Assembly (NCBI GenBank): GCA_037441605.1
Contig: JBBIRY010000001.1
Coordinates: 377-64,376, forward strand
Direction: 5' to 3'
Length of the DNA: 64,000 nt
DNA from: Actinomycetota bacterium
GTDB taxonomy: Bacteria > Actinomycetota > Aquicultoria > UBA3085 > Oleimmundimicrobiaceae
This document shows, in pieces, positions 52,055 to 62,455 of the stretch. Both the position numbers and the translations under genes were made by a program. The notes under the pieces are model-generated. The model ran no database searches, was not told where the DNA came from, and saw only the letters and a program-made list of their open reading frames with translations. Within the stretch, counting starts at the first letter, position 1. Every line of letters begins with the position of its first letter.

Positions 52055-54528
52055 TGGACATGTTCGATAAATTTACAGAGAAGGCACGCGAGGCGGTTAT
52101 GGTAGCCCAGGACGCGCTTCGTAGGATAAATAATAATCAAATGGGCACCGAGCACCTCCTTTTGGGACTACTCGCTCAGACCGACGGGATCATTCCCCAG
52201 ATATTTGCCATGCTTGGGGCGGATATCGGCGAGGCCAGGATCAGGATAAACGATATCGTCGAACTCTCAAAGCGCGATCGGGCTTTTGGAACGATAGAGC
52301 AGTTCGTCTTGACCCCGCGTCTTAAGACGGCCATAGATATCGCCACCGAAGAGGCCAAGCGCCTCGGCGACGGTTATGTCGGAAGCGAGCACCTTTTGAT
52401 AGGTATCTTGAAGGAAGCCGAAGGTCCGGCCGCGATCATGCTCCGCGACCTCGGCTTCGGTGAGGATAAGCTCTACGGCGCCTTGCGCCAAATAAGAAGG
52501 GGCGGCTTTACCGATGAATCACTCGCTCCCAAAGGCAAGATGCTCGCCAAATACAGCCGTGATCTGACGGCCGCGGCCAAGGACGGCAAACTCGATCCGG
52601 TCATCGGCCGCGCTGAGGAGATTAAAAGGGTCATCCAGATCTTATCTCGCCGGACTAAGAACAATCCGGTTCTGATCGGCGACAGCGGCGTCGGCAAGAC
52701 GGCCATTGCCGAAGGGCTCGCCCAAGCGATCGTGGACAGCGAAGTGCCCGAGATTTTAAAGGATAAGCGAGTCGTCTCGCTCGATCTGGGCAGCCTGGTT
52801 GCCGGGGCGAAATACCGCGGTGAGTTCGAAGAGAGGCTAAAGGGCGTTGTCGATGAGATCAAGAGGGCGAGCGGAGATATCATCCTCTTCATCGACGAGC
52901 TCCACAACGTGGTCGGAGCCGGGGCGGCTGAAGGGGCGCTCGATGCCTCCAGTCTGCTTAAACCGGCACTGGCCAGGGGCGAGCTTCAATGCGTCGGGGC
53001 GACTACCTTGGATGAGTACAGAAAATACATAGAGAAGGATGCGGCCTTGGAGCGCCGCTTCCAACCGATCATGGTGAGCGAACCGACCGTCGATCAGACG
53101 ATCGAAATCTTAAAAGGTCTTCGCGACCGCTATGAGGCTCATCACAGAGTCAAGATAAGCGACGAGGCCTTGGAGGCGGCGGCCAAGCTATCCAGCCGTT
53201 ATGTGACCGATCGCTTTCTGCCCGATAAGGCGATAGATCTGATGGATGAGGCCGCTTCCAAGCTCCGCTTGGAGTCGATCATGCTTCCGCCTGATCTTCG
53301 AAAATTGGAAAATGAGCTATCCGATCTGATCAAGGAGGGCGAAGAAGCGGTAAGTCTGCGCGACTATGAGAAGGCGGCCAAACTTCGCGACGAGACCGAT
53401 CGGCTTCAGACCGAGTTCAACGTCAAGCGCGAGGGGTGGCTGGCTGAAAAGGGCATCACGAGCTCGACCGTCTCAGCCGAGAATATTGCGGCCGTTGTCT
53501 CGAGTTGGACGGGGATTCCGGTCAGCCGGATGCTGGAAGAGGAGGCCGAAAAGCTCCTTCGGATGGAGGAAGAACTTCATGATCGGATTATCGGACAAGA
53601 CGAGGCGGTAAGCCGGGTCTCCGAAGCGATCCGCCGGGCTCGGGCGGGACTCAAGAATCCGCGCCGGCCCATCGGTTCCTTCATCTTCTTGGGTCCGACC
53701 GGAGTCGGCAAGACCGAGCTGACCAAGGCTCTGGCCGAATTCCTCTTCGATGATGACGACGCCATGATCAGGATAGATATGAGCGAGTACCAGGAGCGCC
53801 ACACAGTCTCGCGCCTGGTTGGAGCCCCTCCGGGCTACGTCGGTTTCGAGGAGGGCGGTCAACTGACCGAGGCGGTAAGGCGTCGCCCTTACTCGGTCAT
53901 CCTCTTCGATGAGATCGAAAAGGCTCACCCCGACGTCTTCAACACGCTTCTGCAGATCTTGGATGACGGGCGTTTGACCGATGCCAAGGGGCGGACGGTG
54001 AGCTTTAAGAATACGGTCATCATCATGACCTCAAACCTTGGGGCGCACCTTATCCAAAAAGAGAAGGGCTCGCTTGGTTTCGGCAAGGAGAAGGAGGACG
54101 AGAGCGAGGCCTCGTTCGAAAAGATGAAGCAGATCATAATGGCCGAGCTGAAAAAGAACTTTAGGCCCGAGTTCTTAAACAGGATAGATGAGATCATTAT
54201 CTTCCGCGAACTCACCCAGGATGAGATCCTAAAGATCGTAGACACCATGCTCGCTGATCTCAAAGAGCAGCTCAAGGAGAGGGAGATGGAGATCGAGGTA
54301 TCAGATGAGGCTAAGGCACATCTAGCCAAAGAGGGCTATGACCCCAAACTTGGAGCCCGCCCCTTAAGAAGGGCGATTCAAAGGTTGATTGAGAACGCCT
54401 TGGCCTCCGAGATAATCCGGGGCAAGTTCGGTGAAGGAGATCTCGTCAAAGTCTCTATCAAAGATGGCGAGCTCGCCTTCGAGAAAGCCAAAAGGCTAAA
54501 AGATAAGAAAGAGAAGACGACCGTCTAA
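52054..54528 (+). CDS. clpB: ATP-dependent chaperone ClpB (Hsp100 disaggregase)
   Basis: Two AAA+ modules ([16 protein letters not shown]), a middle coiled-coil and the ClpB N-domain are present. The ATG overlaps the hspR stop (TGATG). Confidence 0.9.
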   Translation: MDMFDKFTEKAREAVMVAQDALRRINNNQMGTEHLLLGLLAQTDGIIPQIFAMLGADIGEARIRINDIVELSKRDRAFGTIEQFVLTPRLKTAIDIATEEAKRLGDGYVGSEHLLIGILKEAEGPAAIMLRDLGFGEDKLYGALRQIRRGGFTDESLAPKGKMLAKYSRDLTAAAKDGKLDPVIGRAEEIKRVIQILSRRTKNNPVLIGDSGVGKTAIAEGLAQAIVDSEVPEILKDKRVVSLDLGSLVAGAKYRGEFEERLKGVVDEIKRASGDIILFIDELHNVVGAGAAEGALDASSLLKPALARGELQCVGATTLDEYRKYIEKDAALERRFQPIMVSEPTVDQTIEILKGLRDRYEAHHRVKISDEALEAAAKLSSRYVTDRFLPDKAIDLMDEAASKLRLESIMLPPDLRKLENELSDLIKEGEEAVSLRDYEKAAKLRDETDRLQTEFNVKREGWLAEKGITSSTVSAENIAAVVSSWTGIPVSRMLEEEAEKLLRMEEELHDRIIGQDEAVSRVSEAIRRARAGLKNPRRPIGSFIFLGPTGVGKTELTKALAEFLFDDDDAMIRIDMSEYQERHTVSRLVGAPPGYVGFEEGGQLTEAVRRRPYSVILFDEIEKAHPDVFNTLLQILDDGRLTDAKGRTVSFKNTVIIMTSNLGAHLIQKEKGSLGFGKEKEDESEASFEKMKQIIMAELKKNFRPEFLNRIDEIIIFRELTQDEILKIVDTMLADLKEQLKEREMEIEVSDEAKAHLAKEGYDPKLGARPLRRAIQRLIENALASEIIRGKFGEGDLVKVSIKDGELAFEKAKRLKDKKEKTTV

Positions 54529-54547
54529 TCGGTCAAAACAGGAACGA

Positions 54548-54587
54548 AAGGGTTGCAATTTTTTTGGGTTGCAGCCCTTACGTTTTT
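54548..54587 (+). terminator. Terminator of the heat-shock operon. 11-bp stem AAGGGTTGCAA/TTGCAGCCCTT (one G-U pair), 10-nt loop, then ACGTTTTT.
   Basis: The pairing was checked base by base. It shares the GGGTTGCAG core with the dnaK-grpE hairpin. Confidence 0.6.
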
Positions 54588-54640
54588 ACAGCTTAAAGTA
54601 TATAGTTATATTTCAAAACCGCTTTAAGGAGGTGTAAGAT

Positions 54641-54982
54641 TTGGCAGAAGGAAATGATAAGGCGCCTTCGAGCAGCGGTCTCGATCCCAAGTTAGCCGGC
54701 CTTCTTTGTTACGGCTTCGGTTGGGTGAGCGGACTCATTTTTTTTCTGATGGTCAAGGATGACGATTATGTGCGCTTTCACGCCATGCAGTCGATCCTGG
54801 TATTTGGCACTTTAAACGTCTTAAGCTACGTTTCTTGGTCTGTCCCGGTTGTTGGTTGGATTGTGGGCATTTCGATCTTTCCGGTATCGGTGATTCTCTG
54901 GATCATCCTCATGGTCAAAGCCTATCAGGGTGAACGCTACAAACTTCCCTTCTTCGGCGATCTGGCTGAAAACTACATTTAA
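54641..54982 (+). CDS. DUF4870-family small membrane protein
   Basis: LAGLLCYGFGWVSGLIFFLMVKDDDYVRFHAMQSILVFG matches the DUF4870 pattern. Length is 113 aa. Confidence 0.6.
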   Translation: MAEGNDKAPSSSGLDPKLAGLLCYGFGWVSGLIFFLMVKDDDYVRFHAMQSILVFGTLNVLSYVSWSVPVVGWIVGISIFPVSVILWIILMVKAYQGERYKLPFFGDLAENYI

Positions 54983-55212
54983 TCTTCTTGATCCAATGCA
55001 AATCTAATGCTCTCCAACATCATTCTGTCCTTTTTAGTATAGGGCTGGGCAAATGACCCGATTGGGTCATTTGCCTGTAATCCATCTCAAATTCGCATCG
55101 ATTATCTTTTGCTTTCAACTCATTTAACCGGTTAACAAAATGCATCTTATAGCCGATTATTATCTAATAAAAATGGGATAATGTTGGAAGCCACCTTTAA
55201 TTCCAGCCCCGC

Positions 55213-56256
55213 TCAGTCCAAAGCGTTCTTCTTTAAATCCTCGACCCTTCCTTTGAGCCCCGAAGTTATTTGGATGCTCCCATCGGATAGGACCAAAATT
55301 CCTTCGATGCGACCGTCGCCCTCCAGAAACTCCACTCCAAGTTTGGGGCCCATGACGAAAACGGCTGTAGAGAGAGCATCTGCTTCTGCTGCCGAGATCT
55401 CACCGAGAACGGTAGCGCTCATCAAGCCCTTGGATGGCATGCCCGTCTTGGGATCCAAGATGTGGTGATAACGGATTTTGCCCTCTTCGAAGTAGCGTTG
55501 ATAATCACCCGAAGTGCTCAAAGTCAGCCCATCCAAAAGTAGAGATCCAAGGAGAGACTCCTCTCCCTTCGTCCTTGGGTTCTGAATGCCGATCTTCCAA
55601 GGTTTGCCGTCGGCTTTAAGTCCGATGACTTTGGTGGTGCTGCCCATCGTCAAAAGGGCGCTCCCTATTCCCCGTTTTGCCAGAATATCGGCCGCCCTGT
55701 CCAGGGCATATCCTTTGGCCACTCCTCCTAAGTCTATCTTCATGCCGGCTTGGGTTAGCCTGACCGAGCGGTCTTCATCGGAAAGCTCAAGCTTCTCGTA
55801 ACCGACCAAGGGGAGAAGGCGGGCCAGCTCTTGAGGGTCTGGAGTCCGTTTGGCCGCGAAATTCCAAAGATGCTCGATGCTTCCCACCGTGGGATCGAAG
55901 GCTCCCCCACTATCTTCTGCTACTTTTAGGCTTGTGGTCAAAACGTCATAGGTCTCTTTTGATATCTTGATACGGTCGCCACCAGCTCCGTTTATCGCCG
56001 AAACCTCGCTCTTCTTAGAATAGAAGCTCATCAAAGCGTCGAGGCGCTCTATCTCATCGAAGGCCTCATCGACCGCCATCTCCACTGTCCCCTTGTTTTC
56101 TCCAAAGGCTTTGATAGTGACAAAGGTATCCATGAGGACGCGGGTGTCCTCGAACGGGATTTCGCGGTAGACTCCCTTTCTACCCGCAAGAGTCAGACCG
56201 ATGAGTAAGACTATCGCTATTATCGCGGCGCTTTGGGTTATCCCTTTTCTCTTCAT
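55213..56256 (-). CDS. apbE: FAD:protein FMN transferase (ApbE family)
   Basis: An N-terminal TM anchor, LMDTFVTIKAF (the ApbE 'MGT' region) and DLGGVAKGYALD are present. Confidence 0.8.
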   Translation of the reverse strand: MKRKGITQSAAIIAIVLLIGLTLAGRKGVYREIPFEDTRVLMDTFVTIKAFGENKGTVEMAVDEAFDEIERLDALMSFYSKKSEVSAINGAGGDRIKISKETYDVLTTSLKVAEDSGGAFDPTVGSIEHLWNFAAKRTPDPQELARLLPLVGYEKLELSDEDRSVRLTQAGMKIDLGGVAKGYALDRAADILAKRGIGSALLTMGSTTKVIGLKADGKPWKIGIQNPRTKGEESLLGSLLLDGLTLSTSGDYQRYFEEGKIRYHHILDPKTGMPSKGLMSATVLGEISAAEADALSTAVFVMGPKLGVEFLEGDGRIEGILVLSDGSIQITSGLKGRVEDLKKNALD

Positions 56257-56376
56257 GCTCCTATCACCCTGCCATCATATAACACCTGAGCGTCCCTTCT
56301 CAATCTAAAAATCAGGTTGCCCACACATAAAAAAAGGGGGTATAATTTAACTTCTGATGAAAGGGTTTGGTGCAGA

Positions 56377-57336
56377 ATGAAGTTGGGCATTCCACAGGCT
56401 CTCCTCTATTATAAGTATGCTCCCCTTTGGAGCGGCTTCTTCTCTGAGCTTGGGGTCGAGATCGTTCTATCCGGCGAGACCGATAAATCCATCCTGAACT
56501 TAGGGATTAAGGCGGCTGAGAACGAGGCCTGTCTGCCGCTTAAAGTCTTCTATGGGCACGTCTTGAGCCTAAAGAACAAGGTGGATGCCATATTCATCCC
56601 CAGGGTGGTCAGCGTCGAAAAGGACGCCTACACCTGTCCCAAATTCTTAGGTCTGCCCGATATGATAAGGGCTCTTGATGAAGACCTTCCCCGGATAATC
56701 TCATGCACCATAGACAGGAAAAAGGGCCTAAAGAATATCATCTTCTCCATCCTTGAGCTCGGACGCAACTTTACCGATGATATCTTCAAGATCGCCGTTG
56801 CTGCCCGCAAAGGCTTTGACTCCTTGAAGTCGGTTGAAGGTGAGCCCTTCTTCCGTCATTCATCCGAAGATAGCGGGGCCGGTTCGTGTGGGTCGAAGAG
56901 GGGGATCAAGATCGGTCTTTTGGGCCATCCCTACAATATACTTGACCCCTTCATCAATATGAATATCTTGGACAGGCTGGCCGGTTATGGAGCCAGTGTC
57001 ATCACTTCTGATTCCCATTCGGCCGGCTCATCTCTTTGCAAGGTTACGACGGTTGAGAAGGATCTCTTCTGGACATACGAGAGGGAGGTCGTCGGGGCGG
57101 CCTTGAAATGGTTGGACAGCGGAGAGGTCGACGGCATAGTCTATTTCCTCTCCTTTGCTTGCGGGCCCGATTCGCTGGTTCAGGTGATAATAGAGGATGA
57201 GGTGAAAAAACGAGGTTCGAATATCCCCATCATGTCGATCGTGATGGATGAACATAGCGGAGCGGCCGGCACCTTGACCAGATTGGAAGCTTTTTTAGAT
57301 ATGATAGAGTGGAAGAAGGCGGCTGAGGCAAAATGA
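56377..57336 (+). CDS. DUF2229 protein (uncharacterised domain associated with acyl-CoA dehydratase activases)
   Basis: MKLGIPQALLYYKYAPLWSGFFSELGVEIVLSGETDKSILNLGIKAAENEACLPLKVFYGHV matches the DUF2229 N-terminus as I recall it. The stop overlaps the next gene's start (ATGA). Confidence 0.6.
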   Translation: MKLGIPQALLYYKYAPLWSGFFSELGVEIVLSGETDKSILNLGIKAAENEACLPLKVFYGHVLSLKNKVDAIFIPRVVSVEKDAYTCPKFLGLPDMIRALDEDLPRIISCTIDRKKGLKNIIFSILELGRNFTDDIFKIAVAARKGFDSLKSVEGEPFFRHSSEDSGAGSCGSKRGIKIGLLGHPYNILDPFINMNILDRLAGYGASVITSDSHSAGSSLCKVTTVEKDLFWTYEREVVGAALKWLDSGEVDGIVYFLSFACGPDSLVQVIIEDEVKKRGSNIPIMSIVMDEHSGAAGTLTRLEAFLDMIEWKKAAEAK

Positions 57337-58421
57337 AGCTGACCTTCCCGCACCTCGGCAATATCGACATCATCCTCTCCGGCCTCTTCGAGAGGCTGGG
57401 CACAGAGGTGGTTGTGCCGCCTAAGACCTCCCTTCGCACGGTAAATATCGGGGCCAAACATTCACCCGAATTCGCCTGTTTTCCCCTGAAGGTTACGGTA
57501 GGCAATCTGATCGAGGGTTTGGAGGCCGGAGCCGATGTGGCCGCCATGGCCGGAGGGGTCGGCCCCTGCCGATTCGGTCTCTATGCCGAGGTACAAAAGA
57601 GGATACTCCAATCGCTAGGCAATGATTTCGAGATGGTGATCATCAAGCCCTTCAATACCGCCTACGGAGAATTCTTAAAGACCTGCAAAAGGCTTGCCCC
57701 AAAGAGCTCACTTTTTGAGATTGCCCATCAGGTCAAAATCGCCTGGGCCAAGGCGATCGTCATGGATGAGCTCGAGCGCGAAACCTTAAAGATCAGATGT
57801 TTCGAAAAATTTTCGGGGACCGTGACCCTTGCTCATCTCAAGGGGATCGAATTGATAAGCAAGGTCGACACGCTGGCCGAGCTTGAGCCGGCCAAAGAAG
57901 AGGCACTTCGTCTCCTCACTATGGTCGAGACCGAAGAGAGGGACGATTTTTTGCGGGTAGGCTTGGTCGGCGAGTTCTACGTCGTCTTGGAGCCCTTCGT
58001 CAACTTCGATATCGAAAAGATCCTCAGTCAAAAGGGCATATATTTAGAGAGAGCGGTCTACCTTACTGATTGGCTCGACCCTTTCAAGAAGAACCGGATC
58101 ATCGGGACGAGCCGCAGTGAGCTTGTCCGGTTGGCCCGGCCTTACCTTTCGCATTTTGTGGGCGGAGAGGGGCAGTCCACCGTCGGTCACGTGGTCGAAT
58201 ACGCAAACGAGGGATTTGACGGGATCATCCAACTTCTACCCTTCACCTGTATGCCTGAGATAATAGCCAAGAGCGTCCTTGGCAAAGTGGCCAGAGAGAT
58301 GGATATACCGATTTTGACCTTGACCATAGATGAGCAGACGGGGCGAGCCGGAATCATGACCAGGCTTGAAGCATTCACCGATCTTTTGAGGAATAGGAGA
58401 TTTGAGAGGAGGGCGGTATGA
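57333..58421 (+). CDS. 2-hydroxyacyl-CoA dehydratase D-component (HgdB)-like protein
   Basis: MKLTFPHLGNIDIILSGLFERLGTEVVVPPKTS..ACFPLKV.. and the conserved Cys (GPCRFG) fit the HgdB-like family. The stop overlaps the next gene's start (ATGA). Confidence 0.55.
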   Translation: MKLTFPHLGNIDIILSGLFERLGTEVVVPPKTSLRTVNIGAKHSPEFACFPLKVTVGNLIEGLEAGADVAAMAGGVGPCRFGLYAEVQKRILQSLGNDFEMVIIKPFNTAYGEFLKTCKRLAPKSSLFEIAHQVKIAWAKAIVMDELERETLKIRCFEKFSGTVTLAHLKGIELISKVDTLAELEPAKEEALRLLTMVETEERDDFLRVGLVGEFYVVLEPFVNFDIEKILSQKGIYLERAVYLTDWLDPFKKNRIIGTSRSELVRLARPYLSHFVGGEGQSTVGHVVEYANEGFDGIIQLLPFTCMPEIIAKSVLGKVAREMDIPILTLTIDEQTGRAGIMTRLEAFTDLLRNRRFERRAV

Positions 58422-59428
58422 AGATCGGCTATCTCGGAGTAGATGTCGGCTCGGTTAGCACCAACCTGGTTGCATTGGGCGAAAGGGAAGAGGTGCTCGC
58501 CTACATATACCGGAGGACGATGGGAGATCCGATATCGGCCGTACAAAACGGTCTCATCGAACTGGAGAAGCTCCTTCCATCCGATATAGAGATCCTGGCG
58601 GCAGGAACAACCGGTAGTGCCCGCTCTTTGAGCGGAGTTATCGTCGGGGCTGATGTGGTGAAGAACGAGATAACCGCCCATGCGGTTGCGGCTTTAAACA
58701 TCATCCCGGACGCCAGGACGGTTCTGGAGATCGGCGGTCAGGACTCCAAGATAATAATACTCAGCGACGGCATCGTGGTCGATTTTGCCATGAACACCAT
58801 CTGCGCGGCCGGGACCGGCTCATTTCTCGACCATCAGGCGGCGCGTATCGGCATAGCGATCGAAGATTTCGGCGACTACGCCCTCCGCTCGAAGGACCCG
58901 GCTCAGATCGCCGGGCGTTGCACGGTCTTTGCCGAATCGGATATGATCCATAAGCAGCAGGTGGGCTACCATCTCGAGGACATCATCTATGGCCTATGCA
59001 AGTCTCTGGTCAGAAATTACCTCAACAATGTGGCTAAGGGCAAGGAGATAGTTGCCCCGATAATCTTTCAGGGAGGGGTTGCCGCAAACCTTGGGATAAA
59101 GAAGGCCTTTGAGGAGGAACTCGGCTTCGAGGTGATAATCCCTAAGTATCATAACGTCATGGGGGCAATCGGGGCGGCGCTTCTGGCCAAGTCGGCCTCC
59201 AAGAGGGAGACCTTTAAAGGGAAGTTTCGGGGTTTTTCGGCCGCCAAGATGAATTTTAAGACGGCGAGTTTCGCTTGCAGCGGTTGCTCCAACGGCTGTG
59301 AAATAGTCAAGATATCGAATGATAACGAGTCCTTGGCCTGTTGGGGCGGCCGGTGCGGCAAATGGGAAGTCCAAAATGACCGGCCGCCCAAGGCGGTGAA
59401 ACCTAAGCTGGTTGAGACTACTTTTTAG
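58418..59428 (+). CDS. BadF/BadG/BcrA/BcrD-type ATPase (acyl-CoA dehydratase activase-like) with a Cys-rich C-terminus
   Basis: The ASKHA ATPase motifs are GVDVGSVSTNLVAL, ILAAGTTGSARSL and IGGQDSKIIIL. The C-terminus is CSGCSNGCEIVK...ACWGGRCGKW. Confidence 0.65.
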   Translation: MKIGYLGVDVGSVSTNLVALGEREEVLAYIYRRTMGDPISAVQNGLIELEKLLPSDIEILAAGTTGSARSLSGVIVGADVVKNEITAHAVAALNIIPDARTVLEIGGQDSKIIILSDGIVVDFAMNTICAAGTGSFLDHQAARIGIAIEDFGDYALRSKDPAQIAGRCTVFAESDMIHKQQVGYHLEDIIYGLCKSLVRNYLNNVAKGKEIVAPIIFQGGVAANLGIKKAFEEELGFEVIIPKYHNVMGAIGAALLAKSASKRETFKGKFRGFSAAKMNFKTASFACSGCSNGCEIVKISNDNESLACWGGRCGKWEVQNDRPPKAVKPKLVETTF

Positions 59429-59933
59429 ATATGGTGATCGTTATGCTGTTCTTAACATCCCCCTCGATCGCACCTTCGGCCAGGACGAAGATACACATCC
59501 TGCCTCCCTTGACTGCTGAGTAGGTCATGACCATTCCCTCGTCGGTATCGGCTGTAAAAAATCCTTCAATCTTCCAACCATTGGCGAGAAGCTCCGTCTC
59601 ATAGTAACCCTTTACATCGCTTACGGAATCGTTGGTCAATAAGACGGCAGTAACGGTCTCCAAGCCTATCTCGCCCGAGATATTGATATTGCCGTAAGGA
59701 GTCGATCCGGGGTAGACCGGCACATCTTTCGGCCAGTTGGCTGGGAGCTTTGTTCCGGCCCCAAATTCACCGGTTCCCTCATCGGTGGTAACGGTCACCT
59801 TATCTCCGCCTATACCGCTCTTAACCTCAACTTTGCCATCCTCGGTTTGAATCGTTCTCTTGGCGCAGCCGGACAGGGTCAAAAGAGTCGCTACTAAGAT
59901 GAGCGCCAAAAATAAAGCGGTTATCCTCTTCAC
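59418..59933 (-). CDS. Lipoprotein (lipobox LTLSGC) with a beta-rich domain of unknown function
   Basis: MKRITALFLALILVATLLTLSGCAKRT. The start is a GTG 5 nt after GGAGGTG; the track ORF extends further upstream with no RBS. Confidence 0.55.
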   Translation of the reverse strand: MKRITALFLALILVATLLTLSGCAKRTIQTEDGKVEVKSGIGGDKVTVTTDEGTGEFGAGTKLPANWPKDVPVYPGSTPYGNINISGEIGLETVTAVLLTNDSVSDVKGYYETELLANGWKIEGFFTADTDEGMVMTYSAVKGGRMCIFVLAEGAIEGDVKNSITITISKK

Positions 59934-60045
59934 TTCATCACCTCCTCTTAATAGGTCATTTACCATATTTATAACACATACGACTTGACTTTTGCTTAAC
60001 TTGTCGTAAATATATGGGAAGTAATTTTGAAACAGGGAGATACAA

Positions 60046-60906
60046 GTGTTCGAGATCTTGAAGAAGAGGACCATCGGACCGGCCGTTTACCATTATGATG
60101 TTTCGGCCCCCGATATAGCAAAGAAGGCCAAACCCGGACAGTTTTTGATCTTACGCCTGAGCGAAAAGGGTGAGCGGATACCCTTGACCATCTGCGACTA
60201 CGACAAAGAGGCGGGCACGGTCTCGATAATGTTTCAAGCGGTCGGAAAGACGACCCGTGAACTCTCCTTAATGGAGGAGGGTGATACCCTTCTCGATATG
60301 GTCGGTCCCTTGGGCCGCCCATCTGAAATCGAAGAAATCGGCACGGTCATCTGCGTGGCCGGCGGGGTTGGGGCGGCGGTAATTCTGCCTATAGCCAAGG
60401 CTCTGAAAGCGGCCGGCAACGAGGTCATCACCATTTTGGGAGCGCGCACGGCAGAGCTCTTGGTCTTAGAGGAAGAGCTCAAAAGGGCAAGCGATGATTT
60501 CATCATCACAACCGACGACGGCAGCCGCGGCATCTGCGGTGTCTGCACCCATCCCTTGAAGGAGATCATCGAGAGCGGCAAGAAAGTCGATCGAGTGATA
60601 GCCATCGGTCCGGCCATCATGATGAAGTTCGTCTGCCGGGCGACCGAGCCCTTCGCCGTGGAGACGATCGTGAGCCTGAACTCGATCATGGTCGACGGGA
60701 CGGGCATGTGCGGTTCCTGCCGGGTGACGGTGGGGGGAGAGACGCGCTTTTGCTGCGTCGACGGGCCCGATTTCGACGGCCATAAGGTCGACTTTGATGA
60801 GCTGATGACCAGGCAGAGGATATATAACGATGAAGAGAAGGTTGCAATCGAGAGATTCGAGCATGAATGCGCCGGTGGCTGCGGCTATGGAGGTGGGCAG
60901 AAATAA
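60046..60906 (+). CDS. nfnA: NADH-dependent reduced ferredoxin:NADP+ oxidoreductase subunit A (NfnA / SudB; PyrK-like FAD plus 2Fe-2S)
   Basis: A ferredoxin-NADP reductase-like fold, the C-terminal cluster motif CGSCRV...C and the FAD-binding RLSEKGERIPLTICD are present. Confidence 0.75.
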   Translation: MFEILKKRTIGPAVYHYDVSAPDIAKKAKPGQFLILRLSEKGERIPLTICDYDKEAGTVSIMFQAVGKTTRELSLMEEGDTLLDMVGPLGRPSEIEEIGTVICVAGGVGAAVILPIAKALKAAGNEVITILGARTAELLVLEEELKRASDDFIITTDDGSRGICGVCTHPLKEIIESGKKVDRVIAIGPAIMMKFVCRATEPFAVETIVSLNSIMVDGTGMCGSCRVTVGGETRFCCVDGPDFDGHKVDFDELMTRQRIYNDEEKVAIERFEHECAGGCGYGGGQK

Positions 60907-62294
60907 TGGCTGAGGAGAAGAAGACAAGGCTTTCCCCCAAAGAGCAACCGGCCGATGTTAGAAATAACAACTTCAATGAGGTCTCCTTTGGCTATGACGG
61001 CGAGCAGGCAAAGATGGAAGCGATGCGCTGTTTGCAGTGCAAGAAGCCATCTTGCGTGGGTGGGTGTCCGGTTGGAATCGATATCCCGGCCTTCATAAAA
61101 TATATAACGGAGGGTGACTTGGCTAAGGCCATCGCCAAGATCAAAGAGAAGAACAGCCTGCCGGCCGTATGCGGCCGGGTCTGTCCGCAAGAGAATCAGT
61201 GCGAGAAGGTCTGCATCCTGGCGAAGAAGGGCGAGCCGGTTGCCATCGGCCTTTTGGAAAGGTTTGCGGCAGATGGCGAGCGCAAAGTCGGCGTCGCCAA
61301 GGCCGTTAAGGCCCCACCCAAGGGCAAGAAGGTGGCTGTGGTTGGAAGCGGCCCCGCAAGCTTGGTCTCTGCCGGGGATCTGGCCAAGATGGGCTATGAA
61401 GTCACCGTCTTTGAGGCCCTCCATAAAGCGGGCGGAGTCTTGGTCTACGGCATCCCCGAATTCCGCTTGCCCAAAGAGATAGTCGAGGTCGAGATCGATT
61501 ATGTGAGGAGCCTTGGCGTTACCATAAAGACAAACTTTGTCATCGGGGCGACTCTAAGCCTTGATGACCTATTTAAAGATGGTTTTGAGGCCGTCTTCAT
61601 CGGAACCGGAGCGGGACTTCCTCACTTTTTGGGGATTGAGGGTGAAAATCTCTGCGGCGTCTATTCGGCCAACGAGTTCTTAACCCGGGTCAATCTGATG
61701 AAAGCCTATCTCTTTCCTAAGTTCGACACCCCGATCAAGCGGGGCGACAAGGTGGTTGTGGTCGGCGGGGGCAACGTGGCTATGGATTCGGCACGGACCG
61801 CAAAACGCCTGGGCGCCTCAGAGGTTCATCTCGTCTATCGCCGAACCGAAGAGGAGATGCCGGCCCGCATCGAGGAGGCTCACCATGCCAAGGACGAGGG
61901 CATAATCTTTAAGACTCTCACCCTTCCTGTCAAACTCATAGGGGAAAATGGCTGGCTTAAAGGGGTCGAATGCATAGAGACGACTCTTGGCGAGCCCGAC
62001 CAGAGCGGGCGGCGGCGCCCGGTCATAAAGGAAGGTTCCAACTTTATCATTGAGGCCGACGTGGTCATCGCGGCCGTCGGGACCGGGGCCAATCCCTTGC
62101 TCCTTAAGGCCACTCCCGAGTTAAAACTGAACGCCAAGGGCTACATTCAAACCGACGAAAACGGGGCGACAACCATGAAAGGGGTCTTTGCCGGTGGCGA
62201 CATCATCACCGGTTCGGCCACGGTCATTTTGGCCATGGGGGCAGGCAAAAGGGCGGCGGCCTCGATCGATGACTATCTCTCCGGCAGATCATAA
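60906..62294 (+). CDS. nfnB: NfnB subunit (glutamate synthase small-chain-like, 2x[4Fe-4S] plus FAD/NADPH)
   Basis: The FeS cluster motifs are CLQCKKPSCVGGCP and CGRVCPQENQCEKVC. The dinucleotide motif is KKVAVVGSGPASL. The ATG overlaps the nfnA stop. Confidence 0.8.
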   Translation: MAEEKKTRLSPKEQPADVRNNNFNEVSFGYDGEQAKMEAMRCLQCKKPSCVGGCPVGIDIPAFIKYITEGDLAKAIAKIKEKNSLPAVCGRVCPQENQCEKVCILAKKGEPVAIGLLERFAADGERKVGVAKAVKAPPKGKKVAVVGSGPASLVSAGDLAKMGYEVTVFEALHKAGGVLVYGIPEFRLPKEIVEVEIDYVRSLGVTIKTNFVIGATLSLDDLFKDGFEAVFIGTGAGLPHFLGIEGENLCGVYSANEFLTRVNLMKAYLFPKFDTPIKRGDKVVVVGGGNVAMDSARTAKRLGASEVHLVYRRTEEEMPARIEEAHHAKDEGIIFKTLTLPVKLIGENGWLKGVECIETTLGEPDQSGRRRPVIKEGSNFIIEADVVIAAVGTGANPLLLKATPELKLNAKGYIQTDENGATTMKGVFAGGDIITGSATVILAMGAGKRAAASIDDYLSGRS

Positions 62295-62418
62295 AATTTT
62301 TTTTAAGATTTCATAAGCAAATCTTCTCATAAAGGGCCTCTCATCTTCAGGGGCTCTTTTTGCCCTCAAAACCACAAAAAAATCTTGACCCTTTAAAGCT
62401 CCTGTGATAAAGATATCC

Positions 62419-62445
62419 TTATACTTAGTATAAGTGATACTTATT
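62419..62445 (+). promoter_or_regulatory. Operator-like inverted repeat TTATACT-T-AGTATAA followed by a direct ATACTTA copy, upstream of tusA
   Basis: It lies between a putative -35 TTGACC (62385) and the tusA RBS. The 7-bp arms are exact. Confidence 0.5.
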
Positions 62446-62455
62446 TAAGGGGGTG

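Noticed and set aside
62341-62384. Intrinsic terminator after nfnB (GGGC-TCTTTTT-GCCC)
   Set aside because: The stem is only 4 bp, which is not convincing.
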